A stretch of DNA of 64,000 bases from contig JAHFKK010000001.1 in assembly GCA_023245335.1 (NCBI GenBank), positions 936,019-1,000,018 on the forward strand, read 5' to 3'. The notes beneath the pieces were generated by a model. That model saw only the letters and a list, made by a program, of their open reading frames with translations. It ran no database searches and was not told the DNA's origin. The stretch is from Candidatus Gottesmanbacteria bacterium (GTDB lineage: Bacteria; Patescibacteriota; Microgenomatia; UBA10105; UBA927). This document shows, piece by piece, positions 10,623 through 20,232 of the stretch. Both the position numbers and the translations under genes were made by a program. Numbering within the stretch: position 1 is the first letter of the stretch; each line of letters starts with the position of its first letter.

Positions 10623-10715
10623 CCTACGTTAATTATTGGCCGGACACTTTCCCTCCCCTCACCTATTCTTTCCCCGCTGCACATACTCTTAGGCATGTAG
10701 TACGGAAGCTGTATG

Positions 10716-10778
10716 TTGACACAATTGTATTAACGTGTTAACATGCTAACATGTTAATATGATAACATCATAACCAGA
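10716..10778 (+). promoter_or_regulatory. sigma70 promoter overlapped by six tandem 8-bp TAACATGT-like repeats (candidate operator)
   Basis: TTGACA (10716) - 17 nt - TAACAT (10739); repeats TAACGTGT TAACATGC TAACATGT TAATATGA TAACATCA TAACCAGA at 10731-10778. Confidence 0.7.
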
Positions 10779-11006
10779 AAGCAATATGAATATCACGACC
10801 AACATCAATATGATCAATGTCAAAAGTCTCACTGACTTCTCTATGACCGTAGCCTTTGCGGCTTCTTCGCGTTGCCATCATCGCCTCAACCAAACCTACG
10901 CGTGGTTGAGTTGAGAATCTCTTTCTTCTAAGCATCAGCACCATTATTTCTCCCCTCTCCCATTCGCGGGTTTATATGTTCCGCGTCATAAAAGGAGGTG
11001 AATACC

Positions 11007-11255
11007 TTGAAAGAACAAAATGGGGAACGGGTCACTATAACAGTACAAACACTTGAGGAATTACGGGAATTTGAGCCATGGGGAAATGAGTATAAACAAG
11101 GCGAAAAGGCCCGGGCACGTCTCAGGCAACGGATCCAGCTTGGATTACCAGTCAGGATATCGGTTTCCAAAAAAAGTCTATTAGACCGGTTAGTAGGATC
11201 GTCTCGTATCATCTCTAATCAATCGACCATGTATGACAATAAAGGCGGGCATTAA
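11007..11255 (+). CDS. Small hypothetical protein
   Basis: Strong SD AGGAGGTG upstream of a TTG start; open frame. Confidence 0.55.
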   Translation: MKEQNGERVTITVQTLEELREFEPWGNEYKQGEKARARLRQRIQLGLPVRISVSKKSLLDRLVGSSRIISNQSTMYDNKGGH

Positions 11256-11287
11256 TACCGATAGAATTTATGTATAATCGGACTACT

Positions 11288-12346
11288 ATGAACAATCCGA
11301 TCCTCATCACCAACCCGACAAACATCCGGTACCTGACCGGATTTGTCGGCGTGGCGCCCGAAGAGCGCGAAGCGTACGCTTTGCTGACTCAAAAACATAT
11401 ATTCCTTTTTACAAACGCTTTGTATAAAGAGTCAGCAAAGAATCTCCAATCTCCAATATCCAATATCCAATTACAATTCGTAGAAATCTCACGGGAAAAT
11501 CCTATATCTTCCGAACTCGCAAGGATCACCGCTGAATTCAATATAAAAAAGCTTGGATTTGAAGACGACAACCTGACGGTCGCAGAGCTCACCAAACTGA
11601 AACAAGTGTTGACTGACGTTAGCCTCGTTTCGACAAGAAATAGAATCGAAACGCTTCGGATGACAAAAAACAAAGAGGAAGTCGAGGCCATCCGACTGGC
11701 AGCAAAAATCACGGACCAATGCTTCACGTATATCATCAAACGTATCCGACCCGGAATCACCGAGTCACGACTCGCATGGGAAATAGAAAGCTTTTGCAAA
11801 GTCCGGGCAGGAGATAACGCATTCTCCCCCATCGTCGCCTTTAACGAACACAGCTCCCAACCGCATTATCAGTCCCGGAGCAATAGTCCCCTGCGGCGTG
11901 GGTCGCTTGTTCTTATGGACTTCGGCGCGAAAGTAAACGGATACTGCGCAGATATGACGCGCGTCGTTTTTTTGGGGTCTCCCAAACCGGAATGGAAAAA
12001 GGCCTATGAGACGGTTCTAGCGGCTAACGAAAAAGCGCTTAGTCTCCTTCGTTCAGGCGAGCGCCACGGCGCAACACTCGATGCAGCTGCCAAAGAAGTG
12101 ATCGCCGAAGCCGGATTCCCCCCGTACCCGCACAGCCTCGGACATGCCGTAGGACTCGCGATCCACGAAGCACCAAGACTAACTACTATGAAGGATGAAA
12201 TGCTCGCGCCCGATATGGCCGTCACGGTCGAACCCGGCGTGTATATCGAGGGCCGGTATGGCATTCGCATCGAAGATTTGGTGCGTATCAAAGATACAGG
12301 GATTGAAACACTTTCAGGTAGCCCAAAACAGCTACAAATCGTGTAA
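11288..12346 (+). CDS. Xaa-Pro aminopeptidase (M24)
   Basis: DFGAK..GY.ADMTR, HSLGHAVGL.IHE, TVEPGVY, GIRIED. Confidence 0.95.
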   Translation: MNNPILITNPTNIRYLTGFVGVAPEEREAYALLTQKHIFLFTNALYKESAKNLQSPISNIQLQFVEISRENPISSELARITAEFNIKKLGFEDDNLTVAELTKLKQVLTDVSLVSTRNRIETLRMTKNKEEVEAIRLAAKITDQCFTYIIKRIRPGITESRLAWEIESFCKVRAGDNAFSPIVAFNEHSSQPHYQSRSNSPLRRGSLVLMDFGAKVNGYCADMTRVVFLGSPKPEWKKAYETVLAANEKALSLLRSGERHGATLDAAAKEVIAEAGFPPYPHSLGHAVGLAIHEAPRLTTMKDEMLAPDMAVTVEPGVYIEGRYGIRIEDLVRIKDTGIETLSGSPKQLQIV

Positions 12347-12356
12347 ACCCAAATTA

Positions 12357-12513
12357 TTGACACGGCAGTACTGTCAGGATATACTACAGGACATATGAAG
12401 ACCGCACAGAATACCGTTTGGTATCATACCCACCAGGTAACTGGCGGATTTTCCGTGCGATAAAACACACACGCATAGAAAATAGTAACCCGCCAGCCCG
12501 GCGGGTTTTTTTT
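12357..12513 (+). promoter_or_regulatory. Promoter, leader peptide and attenuator of hisC-hisS
   Basis: TTGACA-17-TATACT; uORF 12395-12463 MKTAQNTVWYHTHQVTGGFSVR; terminator AACCCGCC-AGCCC-GGCGGGTT followed by a T run; competing CTGGCGG/CCGCCAG pairing. Confidence 0.8.
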
Positions 12514-12526
12514 GTGGGAGGAATCT

Positions 12527-13564
12527 ATGAAATTACCAAAAGCTTACGCAACAGTTGTACAAAAACGCACGATAGACATGACCGTGAGCGTGAATCCGCT
12601 CGGGTGTTCTCCCCGTGCGCTCCAAGCGCTTAATTCTATGTCGACTGCCGATGTCAGTACCTACCCTGACCAAAAAAGGCTTCTATCCTCCCTAGCGGTG
12701 AGGTACGATATGCGACCGGATATGATCCTTTTGGGAATCGGGTCAGAACAACTCATAAAGCTCGTTTGCCAGACATTTTTAAAGCGTCAGGATACTGCAT
12801 TCGTGGAATCCGGCTCCTTCTTTCTTTTCTCCAGAGAACCGAAAATTCTTGGCGCAAGAGTCGTATTTTTTGACTTTAACAACGCTAAGAGATTCCGAAA
12901 AAGGCCCACACTTCTGTTTCTCGCCAATCCGACTACGCCCGCCGGTATTAATCGGACAAACGAAGAAATACTTCAGGTTATAGACCTCGTTAATCCTATG
13001 ATTGCAGTGGTTGATGAGGCAAACGGTGAATTCAGAAATGGTTCGCTTATTTCGGATATCCGGAAACGCAGGAATCTCGTTGTTTTACGGACGTTCTCAA
13101 AAACACTCGGCCTTGCGGGACTACGGATCGGCATGGCATTCGGGAACTCGGATGTCATATCCCGCATGGGTGAACTGCAACAACCGTTTCCTGTCACGTC
13201 AGCGGCCTTAGCCGCGGCGGAAGCCGCACTCGACGACATATCATTTACCCGTAAAACTATACGGTTCGTGAAGGCTGAACGGGCCTTCCTGACAAAAGAA
13301 TTGATTACGAGAGGTTTTTCGGTATCTCCATCGGTGACCAATAATCTGTTCATATCCGGAAAAAACATAAAAAAAGTGATCTGCGAATTAGAAAACCGTG
13401 GTGTAAGCGTAATCGACGGCGCATACTTCCCCGGTAATACGCAGCCCGGATTCCGCATATCTCTGAGAGATAGAAGAACCAATCGTAAATTCTTGTCGAA
13501 AGTTGACGAAGTGCTCGCTTGTATGGGACAAAATAAGTTGATAGGATCAAAGGAGATTCTATGA
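12527..13564 (+). CDS. hisC: Histidinol-phosphate/aromatic aminotransferase (HisC-like)
   Basis: NP.G, LANPTTP.G, VVDEA, RTFSKTLGLAGLRIG PLP-lysine motif. Confidence 0.82.
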   Translation: MKLPKAYATVVQKRTIDMTVSVNPLGCSPRALQALNSMSTADVSTYPDQKRLLSSLAVRYDMRPDMILLGIGSEQLIKLVCQTFLKRQDTAFVESGSFFLFSREPKILGARVVFFDFNNAKRFRKRPTLLFLANPTTPAGINRTNEEILQVIDLVNPMIAVVDEANGEFRNGSLISDIRKRRNLVVLRTFSKTLGLAGLRIGMAFGNSDVISRMGELQQPFPVTSAALAAAEAALDDISFTRKTIRFVKAERAFLTKELITRGFSVSPSVTNNLFISGKNIKKVICELENRGVSVIDGAYFPGNTQPGFRISLRDRRTNRKFLSKVDEVLACMGQNKLIGSKEIL

Positions 13565-14772
13565 ACACAACACAACCGCTCAAGGGTTTCCGGGATTTCC
13601 TCCCGGCCGAGGCAGCCAAAAGAAAATGGCTGAGGGATAAGCTCGCCGCGATCTGCGAATCATGGGGGTATTTGCCGGTTGAGACGCCGACCCTCGAACC
13701 TTTGGAAATTTTTACCGGCGCAATCGGCGAAGATGAAAAACTGTTCTTTAAGTTCAAAGACCAGGGCGATCGTGATGTAGCGCTCCGATATGACCAAACG
13801 GTGCCGACCTGCCGGCTCATCGCCGAATACCAAAACTCACTGACATTCCCTTTTAAGCGCTACCAAATCCAGCCCGCTTTCCGCGCCGAGAAGCCGCAGA
13901 AGGGCAGATACCGCGAATTCACCCAGGTGGACGCGGATATCTTCGGCATCAAAACTCCGGACGCAGATGCCGAAACCATCGCGCTCTCTCTCGATATTTA
14001 TAAACAGCTTGGATTTAAACGCCCGCTCGTACGCATCAACACCCGCGCCCTATTTAAAGACATACCTTATGGAGCAATCGTTTCTATCGACAAAATCAAA
14101 AAAATCGGCGGCGAAGGCGTGCTCGCCGAGATGAACCGCAAAGGCATTTCGTCCGATAAGGCAAAAGAGTATCTCAACTACGTCAAAAATCTGACTCCCA
14201 ATGAAGAAATCACGTTTATCCTGAAGTATCTCAAGGACTACGGATTCCCGGACGACTGGTATGAATTTGATCCGACGATCGCCCGCTCCTTCTCCTACTC
14301 CATGGGCCCCATATGGGAAGTGGAAATACCGGAAGCCGGCGGATTATCAGTCCTCGGTGGAGAGCGCTACGACGGTCTAATCGAAAAATTAGCAGGCAAA
14401 GATATAGGCGGCACGGGATTCGGACTGGGATTTGACCGGACACTCGAAGCGGCTGACGCACTCGGGCTCACCCCGACCATCACGACAAGCGGGCAGATAT
14501 TGATGACGGTGTTTGCGGTGGGTAGCCTGCCGCAAGCGCTCGAGATCACCCGTTTGCTACGAAGCGGCGGCGTCTACACCGACCTGTATCCGGCTCCCGA
14601 TAAACTGGACAAACAGTTAAAGTACGCGGACAGGAAAGGCATCCCCTACGTCGTCATCCAGGGGCCCGATGAAGCCAAACGCAACGTCATGAAGCTCAAA
14701 AATATGCAGACCAAAGAACAGGAAGAGCTCACTGTCCAACAGGTCATCGACAAACTCACCGTCGCTTCATAA
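13561..14772 (+). CDS. hisS: Histidine--tRNA ligase
   Basis: KGFRDFLP, LRYDQTVP, FRAEKPQKGRYREFTQ, GG.RYD, C-terminal anticodon-binding domain. Confidence 0.96.
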   Translation: MNTTQPLKGFRDFLPAEAAKRKWLRDKLAAICESWGYLPVETPTLEPLEIFTGAIGEDEKLFFKFKDQGDRDVALRYDQTVPTCRLIAEYQNSLTFPFKRYQIQPAFRAEKPQKGRYREFTQVDADIFGIKTPDADAETIALSLDIYKQLGFKRPLVRINTRALFKDIPYGAIVSIDKIKKIGGEGVLAEMNRKGISSDKAKEYLNYVKNLTPNEEITFILKYLKDYGFPDDWYEFDPTIARSFSYSMGPIWEVEIPEAGGLSVLGGERYDGLIEKLAGKDIGGTGFGLGFDRTLEAADALGLTPTITTSGQILMTVFAVGSLPQALEITRLLRSGGVYTDLYPAPDKLDKQLKYADRKGIPYVVIQGPDEAKRNVMKLKNMQTKEQEELTVQQVIDKLTVAS

Positions 14773-14810
14773 GTCTTGATACTTTCCCCGCAATACGGAA
14801 TACTGATGAA

Positions 14811-15758
14811 GTGAGTAAAAAACGCATTAACGCATATCTTCTCCTCCTTCTGGTCTCCGTCATATGGGGAGCCGCAAGCCCGATCGTCAAGTATGCACTC
14901 ACCTGGTTCCATCCCGTCATATTCCTCACATACCGATTTTTTCTTAGCTCCATTATCGCGCTTATCATTTTCGGCGCAGAGCCCGCTACATTCCCCAAAA
15001 AAGCGAGAGACAAATCACTTGCGTTTCTGACTATGATGCTCTCGACGCCGATCGCGTTGGGGCTTTTCTTCCTTGGATTATCCAAAACGTCTGCACTCTC
15101 CGGAAGCCTTATAACCGCAGGCGCCCCCATCCTCCTGGTTGCGGCGGGGGCACTTTTTCTCCACGAGCGAGTCTCAAATACGGAAAAAGTCGGAATAGTC
15201 ATAACAATTATCGGGACGTTCATGATCGCAATCGGCCCCCTGGTCTTTAACAACACGGCGAATCATTTCGGTACGCTGGAAGGAAATCTCATCATGGTGC
15301 TGGCAACAATTGCCGACCTATCGGCGACCCTATTCACCAAAATATGCATGGATCGGGGTATATCGTTGCGGCTTCTCGCACACGGACAATTTGTCCTGGG
15401 GCTTATTATCTTCCTCCCGATCCTTCTTCTCCGGCATCCTATCGTATCCATAGCAGCAACCGTCGTTGACGCTCCCTGGTCTGCACATGCGGCCGTGTGG
15501 TTTATGGCGCTGATCTCGGGATCGCTTGCCTATACTCTCCGTGACCATGGACTCCGATGGGTTGAGGTGTCGGAAGCGGCAATTTTCACCTACCTGCAGC
15601 CAATCTGGGCAGCCATCCTTTCCATTCTTTGGCTCGGTGAGCCGATTACTACGTCATATATAATTGGCGGCGGCATACTCACCCTCGGCGTCTGTATCTC
15701 CGAATACCGGGGAAAGCGGGTTCCAGCCGTGGTCCACCGTCGACACAAGCGTAAATAG
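14811..15758 (+). CDS. EamA/DMT-family transporter
   Basis: IWGA...K, about 10 TM helices, L.E motifs in two repeats. Confidence 0.9.
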   Translation: MSKKRINAYLLLLLVSVIWGAASPIVKYALTWFHPVIFLTYRFFLSSIIALIIFGAEPATFPKKARDKSLAFLTMMLSTPIALGLFFLGLSKTSALSGSLITAGAPILLVAAGALFLHERVSNTEKVGIVITIIGTFMIAIGPLVFNNTANHFGTLEGNLIMVLATIADLSATLFTKICMDRGISLRLLAHGQFVLGLIIFLPILLLRHPIVSIAATVVDAPWSAHAAVWFMALISGSLAYTLRDHGLRWVEVSEAAIFTYLQPIWAAILSILWLGEPITTSYIIGGGILTLGVCISEYRGKRVPAVVHRRHKRK

Positions 15759-15777
15759 ATGCTATAATAGCCTTCTT

Positions 15778-16080
15778 ATGAAATCCGGCATCCACCCCAA
15801 ATGGTATCCAAACGCCGTCGTTTCGTGTGCCTGCGGCAACACGTTTACGGTCGGGTCCACCAAGGATAAAATTCAGGTTGATATCTGCAGCCATTGTCAT
15901 CCGTTCTATACCGGTGAGATGAAATTTGTCGATGCCATGGGTCGTGTCGAACGATTCCAGACCAAACAAAAACAGGCAGCGACCAGCGGCTATGTCTCCA
16001 AAAAGAAGAAAAAGCAGCTTCGATCCGCGTCCGACCAAACGCCGAAATCCCTCAAGGAAATGCTCATGGGCTTGAAGTAG
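15778..16080 (+). CDS. rpmE: 50S ribosomal protein bL31 (Zn-binding type)
   Basis: [29 protein letters not shown]. Confidence 0.97.
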   Translation: MKSGIHPKWYPNAVVSCACGNTFTVGSTKDKIQVDICSHCHPFYTGEMKFVDAMGRVERFQTKQKQAATSGYVSKKKKKQLRSASDQTPKSLKEMLMGLK

Positions 16081-16109
16081 CTCGTTCTTTATTTTTCCAT
16101 ACATAGAGT

Positions 16110-16808
16110 ATGAATACTGATATCGCCATCATGGAATTCCGTGCGGGTCCCGGCGGAGATGAAGCGCGGATCTGGTCGCAGGACCTCATGCGCATGTACT
16201 CACGATATGCGGTCATTCTCGGATGGAAAGTCGAACAGCTCGACGAGGGCGTCATACGCATCCGTGGGACCGATGTATTTACCAAACTCCAGTACGAGGC
16301 CGGTACACACCGCGTCCAGCGTACCCCGACTACAGAACGCCACGGGCGTATACATACCTCAACCGCGACGATCGCGGTACTTCCCGATGTCCCGGAAAAT
16401 GAAATATACATCCGTCCGGAGGACATAGAGTGGGATTTCTATAGAAGCGGCGGCAAAGGCGGCCAAAATGTGAATAAAGTAAGTTCGGCCGTCCGCATAC
16501 GCCATAAGCCGACCGGCATCGTCGTCCAATGCCAGACGGAACGGGATCAATACCAAAACCGCCAAGTCGCGCTCGGCATGCTGAGGGCAAAGCTCTGGGA
16601 GCAACAGCTCCTCGATCGGGAAAAGTCCGTGAGTGAACAGCGAAGCGTCATCGGCCGGGGCATGCGCGCGGAAAAGATCCGCACCTACAACTTCCCCCAG
16701 AACCGCGTCACCGATCACCGGATCAACAAAAGCTGGCACAACCTTGAGGACATCATGAACGGCAAAATGCAAAAAATTACGGAAGCGATGATTTCTATGC
16801 AAACCTAA
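16110..16808 (+). CDS. prfA: Peptide chain release factor 1-like, lacking the N-terminal domain
   Basis: RAG.GG.EA, HRVQRTPTTE (PxT), GGQNVNK, RTYNFPQNRVTDHR; follows rpmE. Confidence 0.88.
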   Translation: MNTDIAIMEFRAGPGGDEARIWSQDLMRMYSRYAVILGWKVEQLDEGVIRIRGTDVFTKLQYEAGTHRVQRTPTTERHGRIHTSTATIAVLPDVPENEIYIRPEDIEWDFYRSGGKGGQNVNKVSSAVRIRHKPTGIVVQCQTERDQYQNRQVALGMLRAKLWEQQLLDREKSVSEQRSVIGRGMRAEKIRTYNFPQNRVTDHRINKSWHNLEDIMNGKMQKITEAMISMQT

Positions 16809-16853
16809 GTCTTCTCTTTTTTTTATTTAAAAATTGCGGAGCGTCCCCAAAAA

Positions 16854-17270
16854 TTATTTCTTTTTTTTCGGATAAAATTCCGGATTCTGCTTCTCAAATT
16901 CAGCATCGATATCATCAAGGTCTTGCAGTCTCCGAACCTCAGGAATTCTTCGCTGAAGTATACCCTTCGCAAGGCGCTCAAGTTTACTCGATACGTGCTG
17001 AACTCGCGCACCTGCATCAGGATCAGTCAAACTGAATGCGCCGCCGTTATTACCGTGGACTTTCTTAAACCCCTTATGAAAACTGTCACTCTCGTCTTCT
17101 ATCCCCTTTCTTAGCCTTGGCTCGACGGGCGCAAGCGGAGGTTGTCCTTTTCTATTGCGTTGATGCGCCAGTGTCATTGCGTCAGATACCGCAGCTAAAT
17201 TGTGCTTCTCCTTCCCGTAGTTGGCTAAATCTATAGGCAAAATCTCTGAGTAATCAGCATCGGTTGACAT
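16854..17270 (-). CDS. Hypothetical protein
   Basis: 138-aa ORF starting just after the htrA stop. Confidence 0.55.
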   Translation of the reverse strand: MSTDADYSEILPIDLANYGKEKHNLAAVSDAMTLAHQRNRKGQPPLAPVEPRLRKGIEDESDSFHKGFKKVHGNNGGAFSLTDPDAGARVQHVSSKLERLAKGILQRRIPEVRRLQDLDDIDAEFEKQNPEFYPKKKK

Positions 17271-17279
17271 AATTAGGAG

Positions 17280-18476
17280 TTATCCCTGCGTCCCCAGTGT
17301 AACAGATTTGGTGAGGGTCTTGCCATCCCGCCAGATTTCGACGGAGATCGTATCCCCGACCTTCTTGCCGCTCACGACGTGGGAGAGGTCATTGGTGTCC
17401 GTGAGCTTATCACCGTTTATTTTTGTGATGATATCATCCGCCTGTATGCCCGCTTTATCCGACGGACTGCCGGATACGACACTTGCCACATAGGCGCCCT
17501 CCGGAATATCATTGAGAATCGCCATCTGGCGCGTAATCATGCGGAATTCTACCCCCATATACGGCCGGTTAAACTGACCGGTGGAATTGAAGTTCGAAAC
17601 GGCATCCTTGACCACATTTATGGGAAGCGCGAAGCCGATGCTCTGTCCTTGCTGTGCGACAGCTGTATTCACGCCGATCGCCTGTCCCGCGGAATTAAGA
17701 AGCGGCCCGCCGGAATTGCCGGGGTTGATCGCCGCATCCGTCTGGATGACGTTATCGAGCTTCTCCGTCACGTCACCGAACGTCCCTCCGGCCGTGATTC
17801 CCCGCCCGACACCTGATATGACGCCGGTCGTCACGGTGTTACGGAATTCTCCGAGCGCGGTGCCTATGGCTATGGCTGTCTGACCGACTTTAATCTTTGT
17901 GGAGTCGCCCATCTCTATGGGTTTGAGGTTAGTCGCGTTAATTTTGATGATCGCCAGGTCATTATCCGGATCGCGATATATCTTGATGACGTCATATGAT
18001 CTGTTGTCATTGGTGATGACACGGTACTTCATCTGCGTGTCAGAGACGACGTGCTTATTGGTCACGATGAGCCCATCAGTACTTATGATGAAGCCCGATC
18101 CGATATCCTGTTCCTGATTCTGACCCTGTGTTGATCGAGGTAACGGCTGCTGAGGGATCGCCTGGTTAAACGGATCGAATGGATTCTGGAAAAGATCGCT
18201 TATGCGGCTGGTTTGCGTGACCCCTATCGTGACAACCGAGGGCGATGCTTTATCGACGACATCGGTGACGACGCTTTCTTCGTTAACAACTCTAAAATTA
18301 GCACTGGGCAGTGTCGCCGGCCCTTGCGGCAGATGGACGTACCGGTCAAAAAATTGCCAGTTGAGTCCAAAAACTCCCGACGAAACCGCCCCGCCCACAA
18401 GAAACAGTACTACAGCAATGCCCAATAGCCATTTATGTAGTTTCATACCATCTTTTGAACGATATTCCTTGCCCAC
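17280..18476 (-). CDS. HtrA/DegP-family serine protease with PDZ domain
   Basis: TNKHVV, DLAII, QTDAAINPGNSGGPL, C-terminal PDZ. Confidence 0.96.
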   Translation of the reverse strand: MGKEYRSKDGMKLHKWLLGIAVVLFLVGGAVSSGVFGLNWQFFDRYVHLPQGPATLPSANFRVVNEESVVTDVVDKASPSVVTIGVTQTSRISDLFQNPFDPFNQAIPQQPLPRSTQGQNQEQDIGSGFIISTDGLIVTNKHVVSDTQMKYRVITNDNRSYDVIKIYRDPDNDLAIIKINATNLKPIEMGDSTKIKVGQTAIAIGTALGEFRNTVTTGVISGVGRGITAGGTFGDVTEKLDNVIQTDAAINPGNSGGPLLNSAGQAIGVNTAVAQQGQSIGFALPINVVKDAVSNFNSTGQFNRPYMGVEFRMITRQMAILNDIPEGAYVASVVSGSPSDKAGIQADDIITKINGDKLTDTNDLSHVVSGKKVGDTISVEIWRDGKTLTKSVTLGTQG

Positions 18477-18605
18477 TGCGCCTCCTAGTTATACCTTCGT
18501 TACCTGAAAAAATACTGAAAAATATTCGCTACAAATCCGATCTTACGGCGAAACAAACCCTTATTCGGGATTACCATTCCGCCTCCCTCAGGGATCGCAA
18601 TAAAA

Positions 18606-19898
18606 TTATTGTAATAGGAGTTCGATCCCTTTGGCAAGTTGTGCGTCTTGGGTGGCAGTCGCAGTATCTGATAGTGTGACGACGACGTCGGGAGTAAGTC
18701 CCTTTTGGCTGATCGAGTTGCCGCTCGGAAGTAACCATTTACCGGTCGTCACATGAACTGCGGCCCCGCCCGAAAGATCAAACGGAGTTTGTACTGTGCC
18801 TTTGCCGAATGTGGTTTCTCCTATAAGTTTCGCGCGCTTGTCATCATGGAGAGCGCCGGAGACGATTTCCGCGGCAGATGCACTTCCTTTGTTGACCAGA
18901 ACGACCATGGGTATATCCAGAAGTTTGCCGGTGCGGTCTATGGGATAGTTCTGCACGCTGCCGTCACTGTTTACCTGGGAAACGACCGCTCCGCTGCGCA
19001 AAAACTCGCTTGCGATGTAGACTGCGCCGTCGAGGTACCCGCCGGGATTATTGCGTAAATCAAAAACCAGACCGGTTATCTTCCCGCCGGATTGCTGTTT
19101 GGACAATATATCGGCTACGGCTTTGTTCCAGTCGGTATTGGTCGTGTCGCCAAACCGGCTAAGGGATATGTAGGCAATCCGCTGGGATTTATCCAGAAGT
19201 TGAGCGGCGTCTGATGCGCCCGATATCTCGGTAATTTCAGCCGGAGTTTTCACCCACCAGACGACGGAGGGAACCGTGATGGTCGACCGCACGATATCGA
19301 TCTCTACCGGCTTGCTCGTTGCCTGCACGTGGAGGATAAGAAGCTTCACTTTAGAGCCCTTCGGACCGCGGATTTTATTTACCGTCTGGTCGACCGTCCA
19401 CCCCGTCGTATCGACATCATCGACTTTGAGTATGAAATCATTGGGTTTGAGCCCTGCGGCTTCCGCGGGCGTACCATGGAGAGGAGAAACGATGATCACC
19501 CGGCCGTCTTTCGTGCCGAGCTGTGCACCGATCCCTTCAAACGCTCCGCCCAGATCCTGTTTGAACTGCGTATTCTCCTGCGGCGGGAAAAATGAAGTGA
19601 ACGGATCGCCGACTGCGGCGACCATCCCGGAAATCGCGCCGTACACGAGCTTCTGCTGGTCGATCATCTTGGGATCGACGTAATTTTGCGTCAGCTTAGT
19701 CCAGACGTCCCAAAACAAACTAAAGTCAACGGTATTGCCGGCCGGCTGCTTCATGTTTACCACGACCCGACGGTCCGCGACACCGCCGCCCACAGACACC
19801 TGATGGGTACCCAACTGATAGCCGATACCTCCGGCAATGAGGAGAACCGCAATAGAAAGAATGAGGTTTCTGATGTTGGAGACCGGGAGGGGTTTCAT
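18606..19898 (-). CDS. S41 carboxy-terminal processing protease
   Basis: PDZ, DLRNNPGG, SASAAEI, TFGKGTVQ. Confidence 0.96.
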   Translation of the reverse strand: MKPLPVSNIRNLILSIAVLLIAGGIGYQLGTHQVSVGGGVADRRVVVNMKQPAGNTVDFSLFWDVWTKLTQNYVDPKMIDQQKLVYGAISGMVAAVGDPFTSFFPPQENTQFKQDLGGAFEGIGAQLGTKDGRVIIVSPLHGTPAEAAGLKPNDFILKVDDVDTTGWTVDQTVNKIRGPKGSKVKLLILHVQATSKPVEIDIVRSTITVPSVVWWVKTPAEITEISGASDAAQLLDKSQRIAYISLSRFGDTTNTDWNKAVADILSKQQSGGKITGLVFDLRNNPGGYLDGAVYIASEFLRSGAVVSQVNSDGSVQNYPIDRTGKLLDIPMVVLVNKGSASAAEIVSGALHDDKRAKLIGETTFGKGTVQTPFDLSGGAAVHVTTGKWLLPSGNSISQKGLTPDVVVTLSDTATATQDAQLAKGIELLLQ

Positions 19899-19980
19899 CA
19901 ATATATAATATCCAATACCTGACATCGGATCAATAACCTATCTCTGGGTATCGCTCATTGTGAATTGGGAATAGAGGGCA

Positions 19981-20223
19981 TTAGGCCCGTACGACAAACG
20001 GAATAAGTGCGACGATGCGTGCGCGTTTGACAGCGTTTTCGAGTCTACGCTGATGCTTGGCGCAGACGCCGCTTCGTGCGCGACCCAAAAACTTCCCGCG
20101 TTCGGTGATGTACTTCCCCATCATGGGGGTGTCTTTGTAGTCCGGATTCGTTTTCGCTGCGCAAAAAGGACAGTTCGTCGGAACCGGTCTCAATTTCTTT
20201 ACAAATTTTCTCGATTTCATCAT
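19981..20223 (-). CDS. rpsR: 30S ribosomal protein bS18
   Basis: DYKD, ERGK, CAKHQR, AVKRAR..LIPF. Confidence 0.96.
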   Translation of the reverse strand: MMKSRKFVKKLRPVPTNCPFCAAKTNPDYKDTPMMGKYITERGKFLGRARSGVCAKHQRRLENAVKRARIVALIPFVVRA

Positions 20224-20232
20224 ATATGTGTA

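Noticed and set aside
10731-10778. Tandem repeats as a CRISPR array
   Set aside because: The units are 8 bp with no spacers, and no cas genes are present.
12395-12513. hisC-hisS leader as a T-box
   Set aside because: No GGTGGNACC T-box sequence; a translated leader fits better.
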